64,000 nt of DNA from Planctomycetota bacterium (GCA_965223265.1 OZ244999.1:7424001-7488000); one strand, 5' to 3'. Shown: positions 19,152 through 28,104, numbered from the stretch's first letter. The notes: generated by a model from the letters alone, not told the origin. Program-made: numbers and translations.

Positions 19152-21677
19152 TCACGGCAGATGGGCGCGGCTGCGGATCAACCACTCCACTAGCAGGATT
19201 CCAAGCACGAGTGACAGCAGCAGTAAAGGGGAATCCCACGCCGTCATGGTTTCGGTGTGGGCGGCGACGCGTGAGTCGCGGTGCCACAATTCGCCACACT
19301 CGTCGGCACGGCTGAGGGGCAGAAAGACGCCGTCGGTCAAGGTGGCGAGCTCCTTGAGAAGTGTGGCATTGCAGCTGAGATCTGAGGACTCGGGGTCATC
19401 TTCCGGGACGACCACAAAGGACACGGTCGCACGCTCCTTCGCTGCGTCGTAGCCAGGCACCGTGGCAGGATCGATGGCCGCATGGAATTCGCGCGCTGCG
19501 AGGGTGTTTTTCTCATCCCCATTCACCCTCGCAGGCTCGCCGTTGCCTACGGACTCGAGTAGCCGCTGCGCGGAAACACGGCCTCGATACCGATGCCCGC
19601 CGCGTTCGACGGGTGCCAGCGTGACGCGCAGCCGCGGAGCTCCGGCGGCACTGGTCGTCGCCGCGTCGACCGTGCTGGCCGTGAGCAGGGCGGTGATGCG
19701 GTCGACGTTCGCCGCGGTGACGTCGTCCTTCAAGACGGTCTCGATCGTGATGTCTTCGTTCGACTCGTAGATCGTCTCGCTAGCGCCAAGGCGCAGCGCA
19801 TCGTCTTCTTCACTCAGCTCGGAGAGCACCGCAAATCGCACAAGTTGCTCCCAGAACCGGGTGTGCAGTCGGTCTCCAATGCGATAACGCCATCGCCAGG
19901 TTGAATCGATTCCGAGATAGATCACGCGACCCGCACCGATGTCGCGGGTCACGAGAACCGCGCCTCGCGAATGCACGAATTCGCGAGCTCGCGCGGCGCG
20001 ATTTCGAACGCCCGCCGCAAACGAGTCGAATCCTCTCAACTTCTTCACATCCCGCACGGCTACGCTCGCCAGGACCTCGGCTCCCTCGACAACACCGTCA
20101 ACCGGTGAAAGCCATAGATGGGCTGGGAGAAGCTCCCACAACTCGACGTTGCGTTCGCGATCGGTCAGAAGGCGTGTGATGGGAGATCTTTCGCCAGCAG
20201 GTGTCAACTCGAGGCTCAACCCCTCGCGCGCGGTCACGAAGCCAAGCTGCGTCGACGGCAGCGGATCGACGGGTCGGATCGGTAGTAGATCAGCCAGCGG
20301 CGTTGCGAGCCACGCGTATGGCATGTGCTGCGGTCCCGCCAACAACATCAGGGTGCCGCCGCGCTCAGTGACGAAGTCGTTGAGTAGTCTTTTCAGCTCT
20401 CGCGACATCACGTCGGGTGACACGTCACCGAGGATCAAGAGCGTGTGCTCGAACAGCCCCTCTCGCGTGGTGGGAAATTCCGGCGGCAACACGTCGTTCG
20501 GTGCCGCTGCGAGCAAAAGCGTCTCGGCGTCAAAGCGTTCATCGCGCTGCCAGCGAGCCCGAAGATAGCGCCAGTCCCATCGCGGTCGACCCTCCAGATA
20601 GAGGACTCGCGCTGGGCCTTCCACCACGTCGACCCACAGTTCACGCGTGTTGTTGTCGGCGGTGATCTCCCCGGGCTCCGCCGGCACACTGACGACAAAC
20701 TTCTTACGACCTGCCGCGCCAGGATCGAATGCAACCGATACGCCCATTGTTCCACCCCCGTCGGGCACGGTCAGTCTCTGTTCGAAGATCGTTTCGTCCT
20801 CACGTCGCACGATCACATCCAGAGGAGTGCCTGCGTCAAACCCATTAACTCTGAGAGTCACATGCGCCTTGACGCTCTCACCGACCAAGAGACGGCGATC
20901 AGCGTCGATCCGGAGTAGGTCGACGTCCCGAGGCGGATCGATCGGCCCCACGCCAATGGCAGCAACCGGCGCGTTGAGCGCCGCAATGCGTTCGAAGGCT
21001 GCAGCAAGATCGTCAGGCGAGTGATGCCTGCCGTCGGTGACAAGCAACACGCCGGCAAGTCGCCGCCGATCTGCGAGCCGCATCAGCTCCGCGGCCAAAG
21101 GGGAGCCGAGATGCGTCCCCCCCGCCGCCCGCAGTGAATCCATCGCAGCCTGCTGCTCGGCCGCGTTGTCGCCGGGAAGCGGTGTGACATGGTCGGCGAG
21201 GGCGTAGAACTCTACATCGAAATCCCTCACCAGATCCTGCCACCAGCGCGTCGTAAAGAGTCGACGTGCGCGCTCGAGGCGCGTTGATCGACGCACGCGC
21301 TCGAGGACGACACGACTGGATTCGTCGATGTCGTGCTCGGACGCCGCGAGCTTTTCGGTCGGCAGATACTCCAGCACGGCCGCCTCACCGCGCACGGCGG
21401 CAGACGATTGCTGCGGATCGGTGAGGCCGAAGCTGGCGGAGGCGTCGAGCATCACCGCCAGAGTTGAGTGTTCGACTCGCCGCCGCTCACGCTGCCAACT
21501 CGGATTGGCGAGCAACGTGACGACGACAGCAATGAGCACGAGACGCGTCCCCGTGATGGCGATCGCGACTCCAGCGCCGCTAGCCCGCCGCTCACGCCCA
21601 CCCAGCGAGTATGCCAAACCCGCGGCACAGGCGAGCAGGACAACTACCCACTGAAGGCTCAGACCGGGGTCACTCAT
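19152..21677 (-). CDS. VWA-like plus glutamine-amidotransferase-like membrane protein (moxR/BatA cluster)
   Basis: N- and C-terminal TM segments, DASASF MIDAS-like motif, LVTDG, YLEGRPRWDWRYL, DSTWRWR and C-terminal EWLIR. Confidence 0.8.
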   Translation of the reverse strand: MSDPGLSLQWVVVLLACAAGLAYSLGGRERRASGAGVAIAITGTRLVLIAVVVTLLANPSWQRERRRVEHSTLAVMLDASASFGLTDPQQSSAAVRGEAAVLEYLPTEKLAASEHDIDESSRVVLERVRRSTRLERARRLFTTRWWQDLVRDFDVEFYALADHVTPLPGDNAAEQQAAMDSLRAAGGTHLGSPLAAELMRLADRRRLAGVLLVTDGRHHSPDDLAAAFERIAALNAPVAAIGVGPIDPPRDVDLLRIDADRRLLVGESVKAHVTLRVNGFDAGTPLDVIVRREDETIFEQRLTVPDGGGTMGVSVAFDPGAAGRKKFVVSVPAEPGEITADNNTRELWVDVVEGPARVLYLEGRPRWDWRYLRARWQRDERFDAETLLLAAAPNDVLPPEFPTTREGLFEHTLLILGDVSPDVMSRELKRLLNDFVTERGGTLMLLAGPQHMPYAWLATPLADLLPIRPVDPLPSTQLGFVTAREGLSLELTPAGERSPITRLLTDRERNVELWELLPAHLWLSPVDGVVEGAEVLASVAVRDVKKLRGFDSFAAGVRNRAARAREFVHSRGAVLVTRDIGAGRVIYLGIDSTWRWRYRIGDRLHTRFWEQLVRFAVLSELSEEDDALRLGASETIYESNEDITIETVLKDDVTAANVDRITALLTASTVDAATTSAAGAPRLRVTLAPVERGGHRYRGRVSAQRLLESVGNGEPARVNGDEKNTLAAREFHAAIDPATVPGYDAAKERATVSFVVVPEDDPESSDLSCNATLLKELATLTDGVFLPLSRADECGELWHRDSRVAAHTETMTAWDSPLLLLSLVLGILLVEWLIRSRAHLP

Positions 21678-21981
21678 TGAACTGATATAGGGTCTTCCGT
21701 ATCAAGAGGTCGCCGCGACAGCTCCTGGCCCGCCGCTCCCATCGCGGCGATGAATATCCTCTGGAAAAGAATGGAGACATTATCGTCACTTGCGTCTATG
21801 CAAGGCTATCATCTCTCCGACAAACGGCCGATCACATCATGAGACGGCTATTCGTGGCGACGATATACCTGCGCGGTGGAGACTCGATGCCGGCGAGTTC
21901 TCGGCCGACTGACAGCGCTGCGGGCAGCGAATTCACGGACGAAACACCGGTGAACCGAACGCGAGGAGGAGCCCCTATCAG

Positions 21982-24900
21982 GTGACTGCGTCCAAACCGA
22001 ATACTCTTGCGGCTCTCCTGACGACGCAGTTTCTCGGCGCGTTCAACGACAACGCCTGGAAGATGGTGGCGATTCTTCTCGGCACCCGCGTCGCAAGCGA
22101 CGCGGACCGTCTCGCCGAGAGCAGTCGGCAGTGGACGCTTGCATTCGTCGCCTTCAGCGTGCCATACCTGATTCTATCGCTTCCCGCGGGATCGTTGGCA
22201 GACCGCGTCAGCAAGCGTACTGTGCTGATTGTGGCCAAAGCGGTCGAGATGGCACTCATGATCGCGGGGCTGGCTGTCCTCGTCTTGGCGCCGAATGAGC
22301 CGTGGCTTCTCCTTGGCATCCTCGCCTGCATGGGGGCGCAGTCGGCACTTCTTGGACCCGCAAAGTACGGCATCGTGCCAGAACTCGTGCCGCACTCGCG
22401 GCTCTCGTCGGCGAACGGACAAATCGAGCTCTGGACCTTTGCGGCGATCGTTCTCGGCACTGCGGGAGGTGGCGTCCTTCTCGATCTCAGCGAGACTGCC
22501 ACCGACGGAGTGTGGCTCGTCGGCATCGCCCTTGTGGTTCTAGCCGCCGTCGGACTCGCCGCCTCGCGTCGCGTACCGCACGTTCCAGCGGTCGGCAGCC
22601 GTGAACCACTCGTCGCGACCGTCCACGGTGCATGGAATTCCATTCGTTCCGAACGCATTCTCTGGCTGACCGTTCTAGGGCTCACATTCTATTGGGGAAT
22701 CATTTCGCTTGTCGGTCAAGTGATCGGCATCTACGTGCAGAACGATCTCAAAGCGACGGACGCGCAGGCCGGACTACCGCTGGCGATCTTCGGTGTCGGT
22801 GTCGGTGTCGGCAGCCTGTTCGCCGGGCACTTTTCGCGCGGCAAGGTCGAGTCGGGACTGATCCCATTTGGTGCCCTTGGCCTGGCAACGACACTCGTGC
22901 TCATGGGAAATCTGCCGCCCGAGTCCGTCAGCACGATGCTGCCGTGGGCCTTCGCGATGGGGTTTGCGAGCGGACTCATGATTGTGCCGCTCAACGCACT
23001 CCTGCAGTGGCGCTCACCGGAGAATCGTCGCGGCGCGATTATCGCGCTGTCGAACGTCTTCGTATCGGTCGGCATCATCGCGGGCTCCTTGAGCTCCAAC
23101 CTCCTATCAGCCTGGGGCAACACGGCGAGCTCGAGCATTCTGAGCGCCGGCGTCCTCACCGTCATCGGGTCTCTTTGGTCGCTCTGGATCCTACCAAGCG
23201 CGTTTCTTCGCCTGCTCCTGCTCCTCCTGACGAACACGCTCTACCGACTCAAGATTCTCGGACGGGCTAATGTGCCCGAAACCGGTGGCGCACTTCTCGT
23301 CCCGAACCACGTCTCGTTCGCCGACGGTTTGTTTCTCATCGCCAGTGTCGATCGGCCGATTCGATTCATCGTCGACGCGAACTACTTCCATCATCCAGTG
23401 CTTAAGCCGTTCATGAAGTCGCTTGGAGCCATCCCAATCACGGCAGCAGGCGGCCCACGGGTGGTCTTGCGTGCGCTCCGTGACGCAGGGGAATACTTGG
23501 AGCAAGGGCACCTGGTGTGCATCTTCGCCGAGGGACAAATTACGCGCACCGGCATGCTGCTCCCGTTTCGCCGCGGACTCGAGCGCATCGTCAAAGGCCG
23601 GAATGTGCCCATCATTCCGGTCCACCTTGATGGCGCCTGGGGCAGCGTCTTTAGCCGCTCGGGCGGGCGCTTCTTGCTGAAGATTCCGCAACGAGTCCCG
23701 TATCCGATCACGGTGACGTTCGGGGAAACCCTCGACCCAGGCACGAGGGTCGCAGATATCAGACGGTCCGTGCACGAGCTCAGCGAAGTCGCGTGGCGCA
23801 GTCGCACCTCAGAGCGGCGTCCACTGCACCATTCCTACATCAAGCGCGCGCGGCGCCGCCCGCTGCGACTAATCTTCGCGGATGCAACGAAGCCGAAAGT
23901 GACTGGGTTCGCTTCCCTGGTCGGAGCCATCGCCTTGGCTCGAGCACTACGCCGACACTGGCCCGGAAGCGAACGCGTTGGTATTCTTCTGCCCTCGTCG
24001 GTCGCTGGAGCGTTGACCAACATCGCTGCGACCATGGCTGGAAAAACCAGCGTCAACCTAAACTTCACCACCGGACAGTCAAGCTTCGAGTCAGCGATTC
24101 GCCAGTCGGGACTGAAAAGCGTAGTGACGAGTCGACAGATGCTGGAGAAGGTCCAGCTGACAATTCCAGAAGGCGTCACCACAGTGTGGTTAGAAGATGT
24201 TCACAAGAACATCGGCGTCGGGGCCAAATTGTTTGCCTTCATGATTGCTGCGTTGGCACCGACGCGTGTCGTCGAGCGCGCATGCGGATCTGAGAAGAAG
24301 ATCACCGGCGGCGACACGGTAACGATCATCTTTAGCAGCGGCAGTACCGGAGAACCAAAGGGCGTTATGCTCACCCACGCGAACATCGATGCGAACGTCG
24401 AAGGCGTCGCCCAAGTGACCCGTGTCAACGCCGACGATTGTTTGATCGGACTCCTTCCTCTATTCCACTCATTCGGATACATGGCGCTCTGGTTCGCGGC
24501 GAATCGCCGTCTAGCGACCGTGTTTCATCCCAACCCGTTGGACGCCGGCATGGTGGGCGAGCTCGTCCACCGCTACAGCGTCTCGCTCCTGATCGCCACC
24601 CCAACCTTCCTGCAGCTCTACCTACGGCGCTGCACGCCGGCCCAGTTCGGCTCACTGAGGCTTGTACTGGTCGGCGCAGAAAAGCTATCTGACCGTTTGG
24701 CGCTGGCTTTCGAAGAACAGTTCGGCATCCGTCCCGTAGAGGGCTACGGAGCGACGGAGTGCTCGCCGGCGATCACGGTGAGCGCAGGAGACTATCGCGC
24801 CCCAGGTTTCTTCCAGCCTGGCTCGCGCCGTGGATCTGTGGGCCAACCGCTACCCGGCGTGGCTGTCCGTATCGTAAACCCTGACAGCCGAGAAGAACTG

Positions 24901-25413
24901 CCTTTCGGCGAAGCAGGGTTGATCCTCGTCAAGGGTCCCAACGTCATGCAGGGCTATCTGGGACGCGACGACCTGACCGAAGAGGCGATGAAGGATGGCT
25001 GGTACGTCACAGGTGACATCGGGGTGATGGACGAAGACGGCTTTCTTCGCATCACGGATCGCCTCTCTCGGTTTTCGAAGATTGGTGGAGAGATGGTCCC
25101 GCACGGACGCGTCGAGGCCGCCCTCCAAGAAGCTGCCGGAGAGGACATGCAGGTCTTCGCTGTGACGTCCATCGTCGACGATCGAAAGGGTGAAAAACTC
25201 ATCGTACTCCACACCCTCGACGAAGACCGGATTCCGAAGATCGTTGAACAGCTCGCTCAAGCGGGGCTCCCGAATCTGTTTGTGCCACGGCCGGACCAGT
25301 TCCTCAAGGTTGAAACCCTCCCCGTGTTGGGCACGGGCAAGCTCGATCTACGTGCGATCAAGACCATCGCCGAGGAGGCGTTCGCGCCGTCGACAGCCGC
25401 GGGCGATCGTTAG
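21982..25413 (+). CDS. aas: MFS (LplT)-acyltransferase-acyl-ACP synthetase fusion (Aas-like)
   Basis: MFS N-terminus (TQFLGAFNDN, GPAKYG), PlsC motif NHVSFAD, and AMP-binding motifs FSSGSTGEPKG, EGYGATE, WYVTGD. GAGGAGGAG RBS. Confidence 0.9.
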   Translation: MTASKPNTLAALLTTQFLGAFNDNAWKMVAILLGTRVASDADRLAESSRQWTLAFVAFSVPYLILSLPAGSLADRVSKRTVLIVAKAVEMALMIAGLAVLVLAPNEPWLLLGILACMGAQSALLGPAKYGIVPELVPHSRLSSANGQIELWTFAAIVLGTAGGGVLLDLSETATDGVWLVGIALVVLAAVGLAASRRVPHVPAVGSREPLVATVHGAWNSIRSERILWLTVLGLTFYWGIISLVGQVIGIYVQNDLKATDAQAGLPLAIFGVGVGVGSLFAGHFSRGKVESGLIPFGALGLATTLVLMGNLPPESVSTMLPWAFAMGFASGLMIVPLNALLQWRSPENRRGAIIALSNVFVSVGIIAGSLSSNLLSAWGNTASSSILSAGVLTVIGSLWSLWILPSAFLRLLLLLLTNTLYRLKILGRANVPETGGALLVPNHVSFADGLFLIASVDRPIRFIVDANYFHHPVLKPFMKSLGAIPITAAGGPRVVLRALRDAGEYLEQGHLVCIFAEGQITRTGMLLPFRRGLERIVKGRNVPIIPVHLDGAWGSVFSRSGGRFLLKIPQRVPYPITVTFGETLDPGTRVADIRRSVHELSEVAWRSRTSERRPLHHSYIKRARRRPLRLIFADATKPKVTGFASLVGAIALARALRRHWPGSERVGILLPSSVAGALTNIAATMAGKTSVNLNFTTGQSSFESAIRQSGLKSVVTSRQMLEKVQLTIPEGVTTVWLEDVHKNIGVGAKLFAFMIAALAPTRVVERACGSEKKITGGDTVTIIFSSGSTGEPKGVMLTHANIDANVEGVAQVTRVNADDCLIGLLPLFHSFGYMALWFAANRRLATVFHPNPLDAGMVGELVHRYSVSLLIATPTFLQLYLRRCTPAQFGSLRLVLVGAEKLSDRLALAFEEQFGIRPVEGYGATECSPAITVSAGDYRAPGFFQPGSRRGSVGQPLPGVAVRIVNPDSREELPFGEAGLILVKGPNVMQGYLGRDDLTEEAMKDGWYVTGDIGVMDEDGFLRITDRLSRFSKIGGEMVPHGRVEAALQEAAGEDMQVFAVTSIVDDRKGEKLIVLHTLDEDRIPKIVEQLAQAGLPNLFVPRPDQFLKVETLPVLGTGKLDLRAIKTIAEEAFAPSTAAGDR

Positions 25414-25470
25414 CGCCAGCTGGAATTTGGCCATTCGGCGCGCCAAGGCGGTAAGCGCTGCGCGTGCGCG

Positions 25471-25530
25471 TGGGCGTGGGAGTGAGAGCGGTGTGAGAGC
25501 GGTGTGAGAGCGGTGTGAGAGTCGGCGTGG
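25471..25530 (+). repeat. GTG-hexamer simple repeats including (GTGTGAGAGCGG) x~3
   Basis: Read directly from the sequence, just downstream of the aas stop codon. Confidence 0.8.
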
Positions 25531-25710
25531 GCGATCGCGTGGCGCGTGGGGTTTCCTAAACTAGCGGGTGCACGCCGAGGCTGTGAATCTTTTGGGACGT
25601 GCCCTCGAAACTTACGGTCACGGTCCGGACGACACACGTCACCGTGTGCCGTCCGCTCTTGCGAGAGCGAGAGGGGGAGTCCGTGTGGGAGTGGGAGGGG
25701 GAGTGGGAGG

Positions 25711-26285
25711 GGGAGTCCGTGTGGGAGTCCGTGTGGGAGGGGGTGCGCGCCTCTTCAACGTGGCAGGCACACGCCGTGTGCCGTCCGGCCTTGTCGGCGT
25801 GCGCGTCGGCCGTTCCCGTGGGTGTGGGAGTCCGTGTGGGAGTCCGTGTGGGAGGGGGTGCGCGCCTCTTCAACGTGGCAGGCACACGCCGTGTGCCGTC
25901 CGGCCTTGTCGGCGTGCGCGTCGGCCGTTCCCGTGGGTGTGGGAGTCCGTGTGGGAGTCCGTGTGGGAGGGGGTGCGCGCCTCTTCAACGTGGCAGGCAC
26001 ACGCCGTGTGCCGTCCGGCCTTGTCGGCGTGCGCGTCGGCCGTTCCCGTGGGTGTGGGAGTCCGTGTGGGAGTCCGTGTGGGAGGGGGTGCGCGCCTCTT
26101 CAACGTGGCAGGCACACGCCGTGTGCCGTCCGGCCTTGTCGGCGTGCGCGTCGGCCGTTCCCGTGGGTGTGGGAGTCCGTGTGGGAGTCCGTGTGGGAGG
26201 GGGTGCGCGCCTCTTCAACGTGGCAGGCACACGCCGTGTGCCGTCCGGCCTTGTCGGCGTGCGCGTCGGCCGTTCCCGTGGGTGT
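25711..26285 (+). repeat. Five perfect tandem copies of a 115-bp unit, each with a REP-like palindrome
   Basis: CTCTTCAACG recurs at 25751, 25866, 25981, 26096 and 26211. Each unit contains GTGG-CA-GGCACAC-GCC-GTGTGCC-GTCC. Confidence 0.95.
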
Positions 26286-26345
26286 GGGAGTCCGTGTGGG
26301 AGTCCGTGTGGGAGTCCGTGTGGGAGTCCGTGTGGGAGTCCGTGT
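26286..26345 (+). repeat. (GGGAGTCCGTGT) x5 tandem repeat
   Basis: Five perfect 12-mers immediately before leader B. Confidence 0.95.
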
Positions 26346-26363
26346 GGGTTGGGGTCACCGTAC

Positions 26364-26484
26364 GGCGGCGGTCTTGTCGAGCTTACGCGGTGCTCAGAAC
26401 TGTCAAGGGTGCCCTCGCTGCGCTCGGCGCTTCGCGCCCTTGACAGTTCCTCCGCTCCGCGTTGGGGGGTGGAGTACCGCCGCC
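26364..26484 (+). ncRNA. Conserved structured leader element, copy B
   Basis: Stems GGCGGCGGT/ACCGCCGCC, ACGCGG/CCGCGT and GAACTGTCAAGGG/CCCTTGACAGTTC. The core at 26403-26444 is identical to copies A and C. Confidence 0.7.
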
Positions 26485-26526
26485 CGGATGCGGCGGGCTC
26501 TTGACTCACCGTTTCGGAGGTCTCTC

Positions 26527-26850
26527 ATGCGCTTCATCGCTCTCGATGTCAGTCTCGGTTTGATTCGCGATTTGCGGGCTCCACTGCTGCGGCTTCGGAG
26601 GCTTGATCCCGATCTCCATCGGCAGATTCGGCGGGCTGCTTCTTCGGTCGCGCTCAATCTCTCCGAGGGTGCCGAGCGCGCTGGGAAAGACCGGCTGCAC
26701 CTCTACCGCGTTGCGCGCGGCAGTGCCCGGGAGGTCGAGACTGCCCTGCAGCTCTCTGTGGCCTGGGGCGATCTCAAGTGCGAAGACGTCTCAGCGCCTC
26801 TCCAGACCCTCGATCGACTCCTAGCTCTTCTCAGCGGCCTCACGCGCTGA
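26527..26850 (+). CDS. Four-helix-bundle protein (23S rRNA IVP / bAvd-like), copy B
   Basis: 107 aa after a GGAGG RBS (26516-26520), with QIRRAASSVALNLSEG...RVARGSAREV.TAL...AWG. 55 of 107 residues identical to copy C, ungapped. Confidence 0.85.
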   Translation: MRFIALDVSLGLIRDLRAPLLRLRRLDPDLHRQIRRAASSVALNLSEGAERAGKDRLHLYRVARGSAREVETALQLSVAWGDLKCEDVSAPLQTLDRLLALLSGLTR

Positions 26851-26862
26851 GCGAGACTACTG

Positions 26863-26890
26863 AGCGCCCGCTACTTTCGTAGCGGGCGCT
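26863..26890 (+). terminator. Perfect 12-bp hairpin downstream of copy B
   Basis: AGCGCCCGCTAC-TTTC-GTAGCGGGCGCT. Confidence 0.6.
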
Positions 26891-26903
26891 GCTCACGGCG
26901 ACT

Positions 26904-27288
26904 TCTGGATCTGATTCTGACTCTGTCATCTGGTTCTGTATTTCTATCCGTCTCTGATTCTGTCCCGACAGTTGCATAAGTTTTCGCAGGAAGGGCTCAG
27001 AAACCCTTTCCCTGAGGTTCGATCGGCAGTCGAAGGACGTCGCGGCGGACCTCACGTTTGGTGAGGTTGACGGTGTGCCGTGTTCCCTCTCGCCCACGCA
27101 CACCCACACGCAAACGCACACGCAAACTCTCACTCAACCGCAATCGCGCACGGTCTTAAGGCGCGTCTCTTTTGCAACGTTGGGGTCTGACTCTGTAATC
27201 TGGTTCTGTATCTCTATCCGCCATCCGTCTCTGATTCTGTCTCTGACTCCGGTTCCGTCCCCGTCTCTCCCTCTGCCTCTCCCCCACC
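26904..27288 (+). repeat. Spacer between cassettes B and C with duplicated TCTG-hexamer block and CAC-hexamer tract
   Basis: 26916-26964 nearly matches 27186-27241. A CACGCA/CACACG tract lies at about 27095-27135. Confidence 0.8.
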
Positions 27289-27321
27289 TCAAAACCCGCC
27301 GCGCCAAAAAAAGCACGGCGG
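27289..27321 (-). terminator. Hairpin plus T-tract downstream of copy C
   Basis: Homologous to 18338-18370, with a conserved stem and a different loop. Confidence 0.6.
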
Positions 27322-27337
27322 CCCCAAGACCCAAAGC

Positions 27338-27661
27338 TCAGCGCGTCAGCTTCCAAAGCATCGCCTGCAGCTCGTCGATGTCCGCAAGCACCGAAGCTGT
27401 CTCCTGCGCATCGACGTAGCCCCAAGCCTCAGCAACACGGAGCGCCGTACGCACCTCTTCGGCACTGCCTGAAGCGACACGCCAAAGGTGCCCGCGGTCA
27501 CGACCAGAGCGCCGATTGCCCTCGCCCAAATTCAGCGCCACGGAGGACCCCGCGTCGCGCAGCTGAGCGGCAAGCTTCGAGTCGTGACGACGCACACGCG
27601 AGACAAGCGGACGCAACTGACGAACGATACCAACAGAGTGATCCAAAGCGAGAAAGCCCAT
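27338..27661 (-). CDS. Four-helix-bundle protein (23S rRNA IVP / bAvd-like), copy C
   Basis: 107 aa, about 90% identical to copy A. GGAG RBS. Confidence 0.85.
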   Translation of the reverse strand: MGFLALDHSVGIVRQLRPLVSRVRRHDSKLAAQLRDAGSSVALNLGEGNRRSGRDRGHLWRVASGSAEEVRTALRVAEAWGYVDAQETASVLADIDELQAMLWKLTR

Positions 27662-27710
27662 GAGCGACTCCAGTCAACCGGTTGAGTGAAACTCTCGCCG
27701 CACGCCCGAC

Positions 27711-27834
27711 GCGGCGGCGTTTCACCCCCGCCAACGGAAGCAGAGTCGGGGTCAAGGGCGCGAAGCGCCGAGCGCAGCGAGGGCACCCTTGAGGCCGGCT
27801 CTGCTTCGGTTACGCTCGACAATACCGCCGCCGC
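27711..27834 (-). ncRNA. Conserved structured leader element, copy C
   Basis: Same 124-nt architecture as copy A, with the core at 27751-27792. The middle stem GAAGCAGAG/CTCTGCTTC is compensatory relative to A. Confidence 0.7.
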
Positions 27835-27859
27835 AAACGCCCCTTGGCGGCACACCTCT

Positions 27860-27991
27860 TCTCTGCTTCTGTCTCTGCTTCTGTCTCTGCTTCTGTCTCT
27901 GCTTCTGTCTCTGCTTCTGTCTCTGCTTCTGTCTCTGCTTCTGTCTCTGCTTCTGTCTCTGCTTCTGTCTCTGCTTCTGTCTCTGCTTCTG
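27860..27991 (+). repeat. (TCTCTGCTTCTG) x11 perfect tandem repeat
   Basis: Eleven 12-mers counted directly. Confidence 0.95.
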
Positions 27992-28104
27992 TCTCTGTCT
28001 CCGACTCACTAGGCGTCGACGTCTGCTTGACCTCTGAATCGCGGTGAACTCCGCAGGTCAGACGGGCGCGAATGGCTGCCAGACTCGCTAGACCCAAGGA
28101 CAGG

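Noticed and set aside
25711-26285. CRISPR array
   Set aside because: The units are fully identical with no unique spacers, the period is 115 bp, and there are no cas genes in the window.
25546-26526. Long ORFs in three frames across the repeat array, including a 434-aa extension of four-helix-bundle copy B
   Set aside because: They are open only because the repeats lack stop codons. The GGAGG RBS and homology to copies A and C put the real start at 26527.
18386-27834. A complete diversity-generating retroelement or retron
   Set aside because: I found no reverse transcriptase and no TR/VR pair with adenine-specific mismatches. Only the Avd-like fold is shared.
27686-28097. QKQR / ETEA / SASV / LLLS repeat ORFs
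   Set aside because: They are artefacts of the (TCTCTGCTTCTG)x11 tract.
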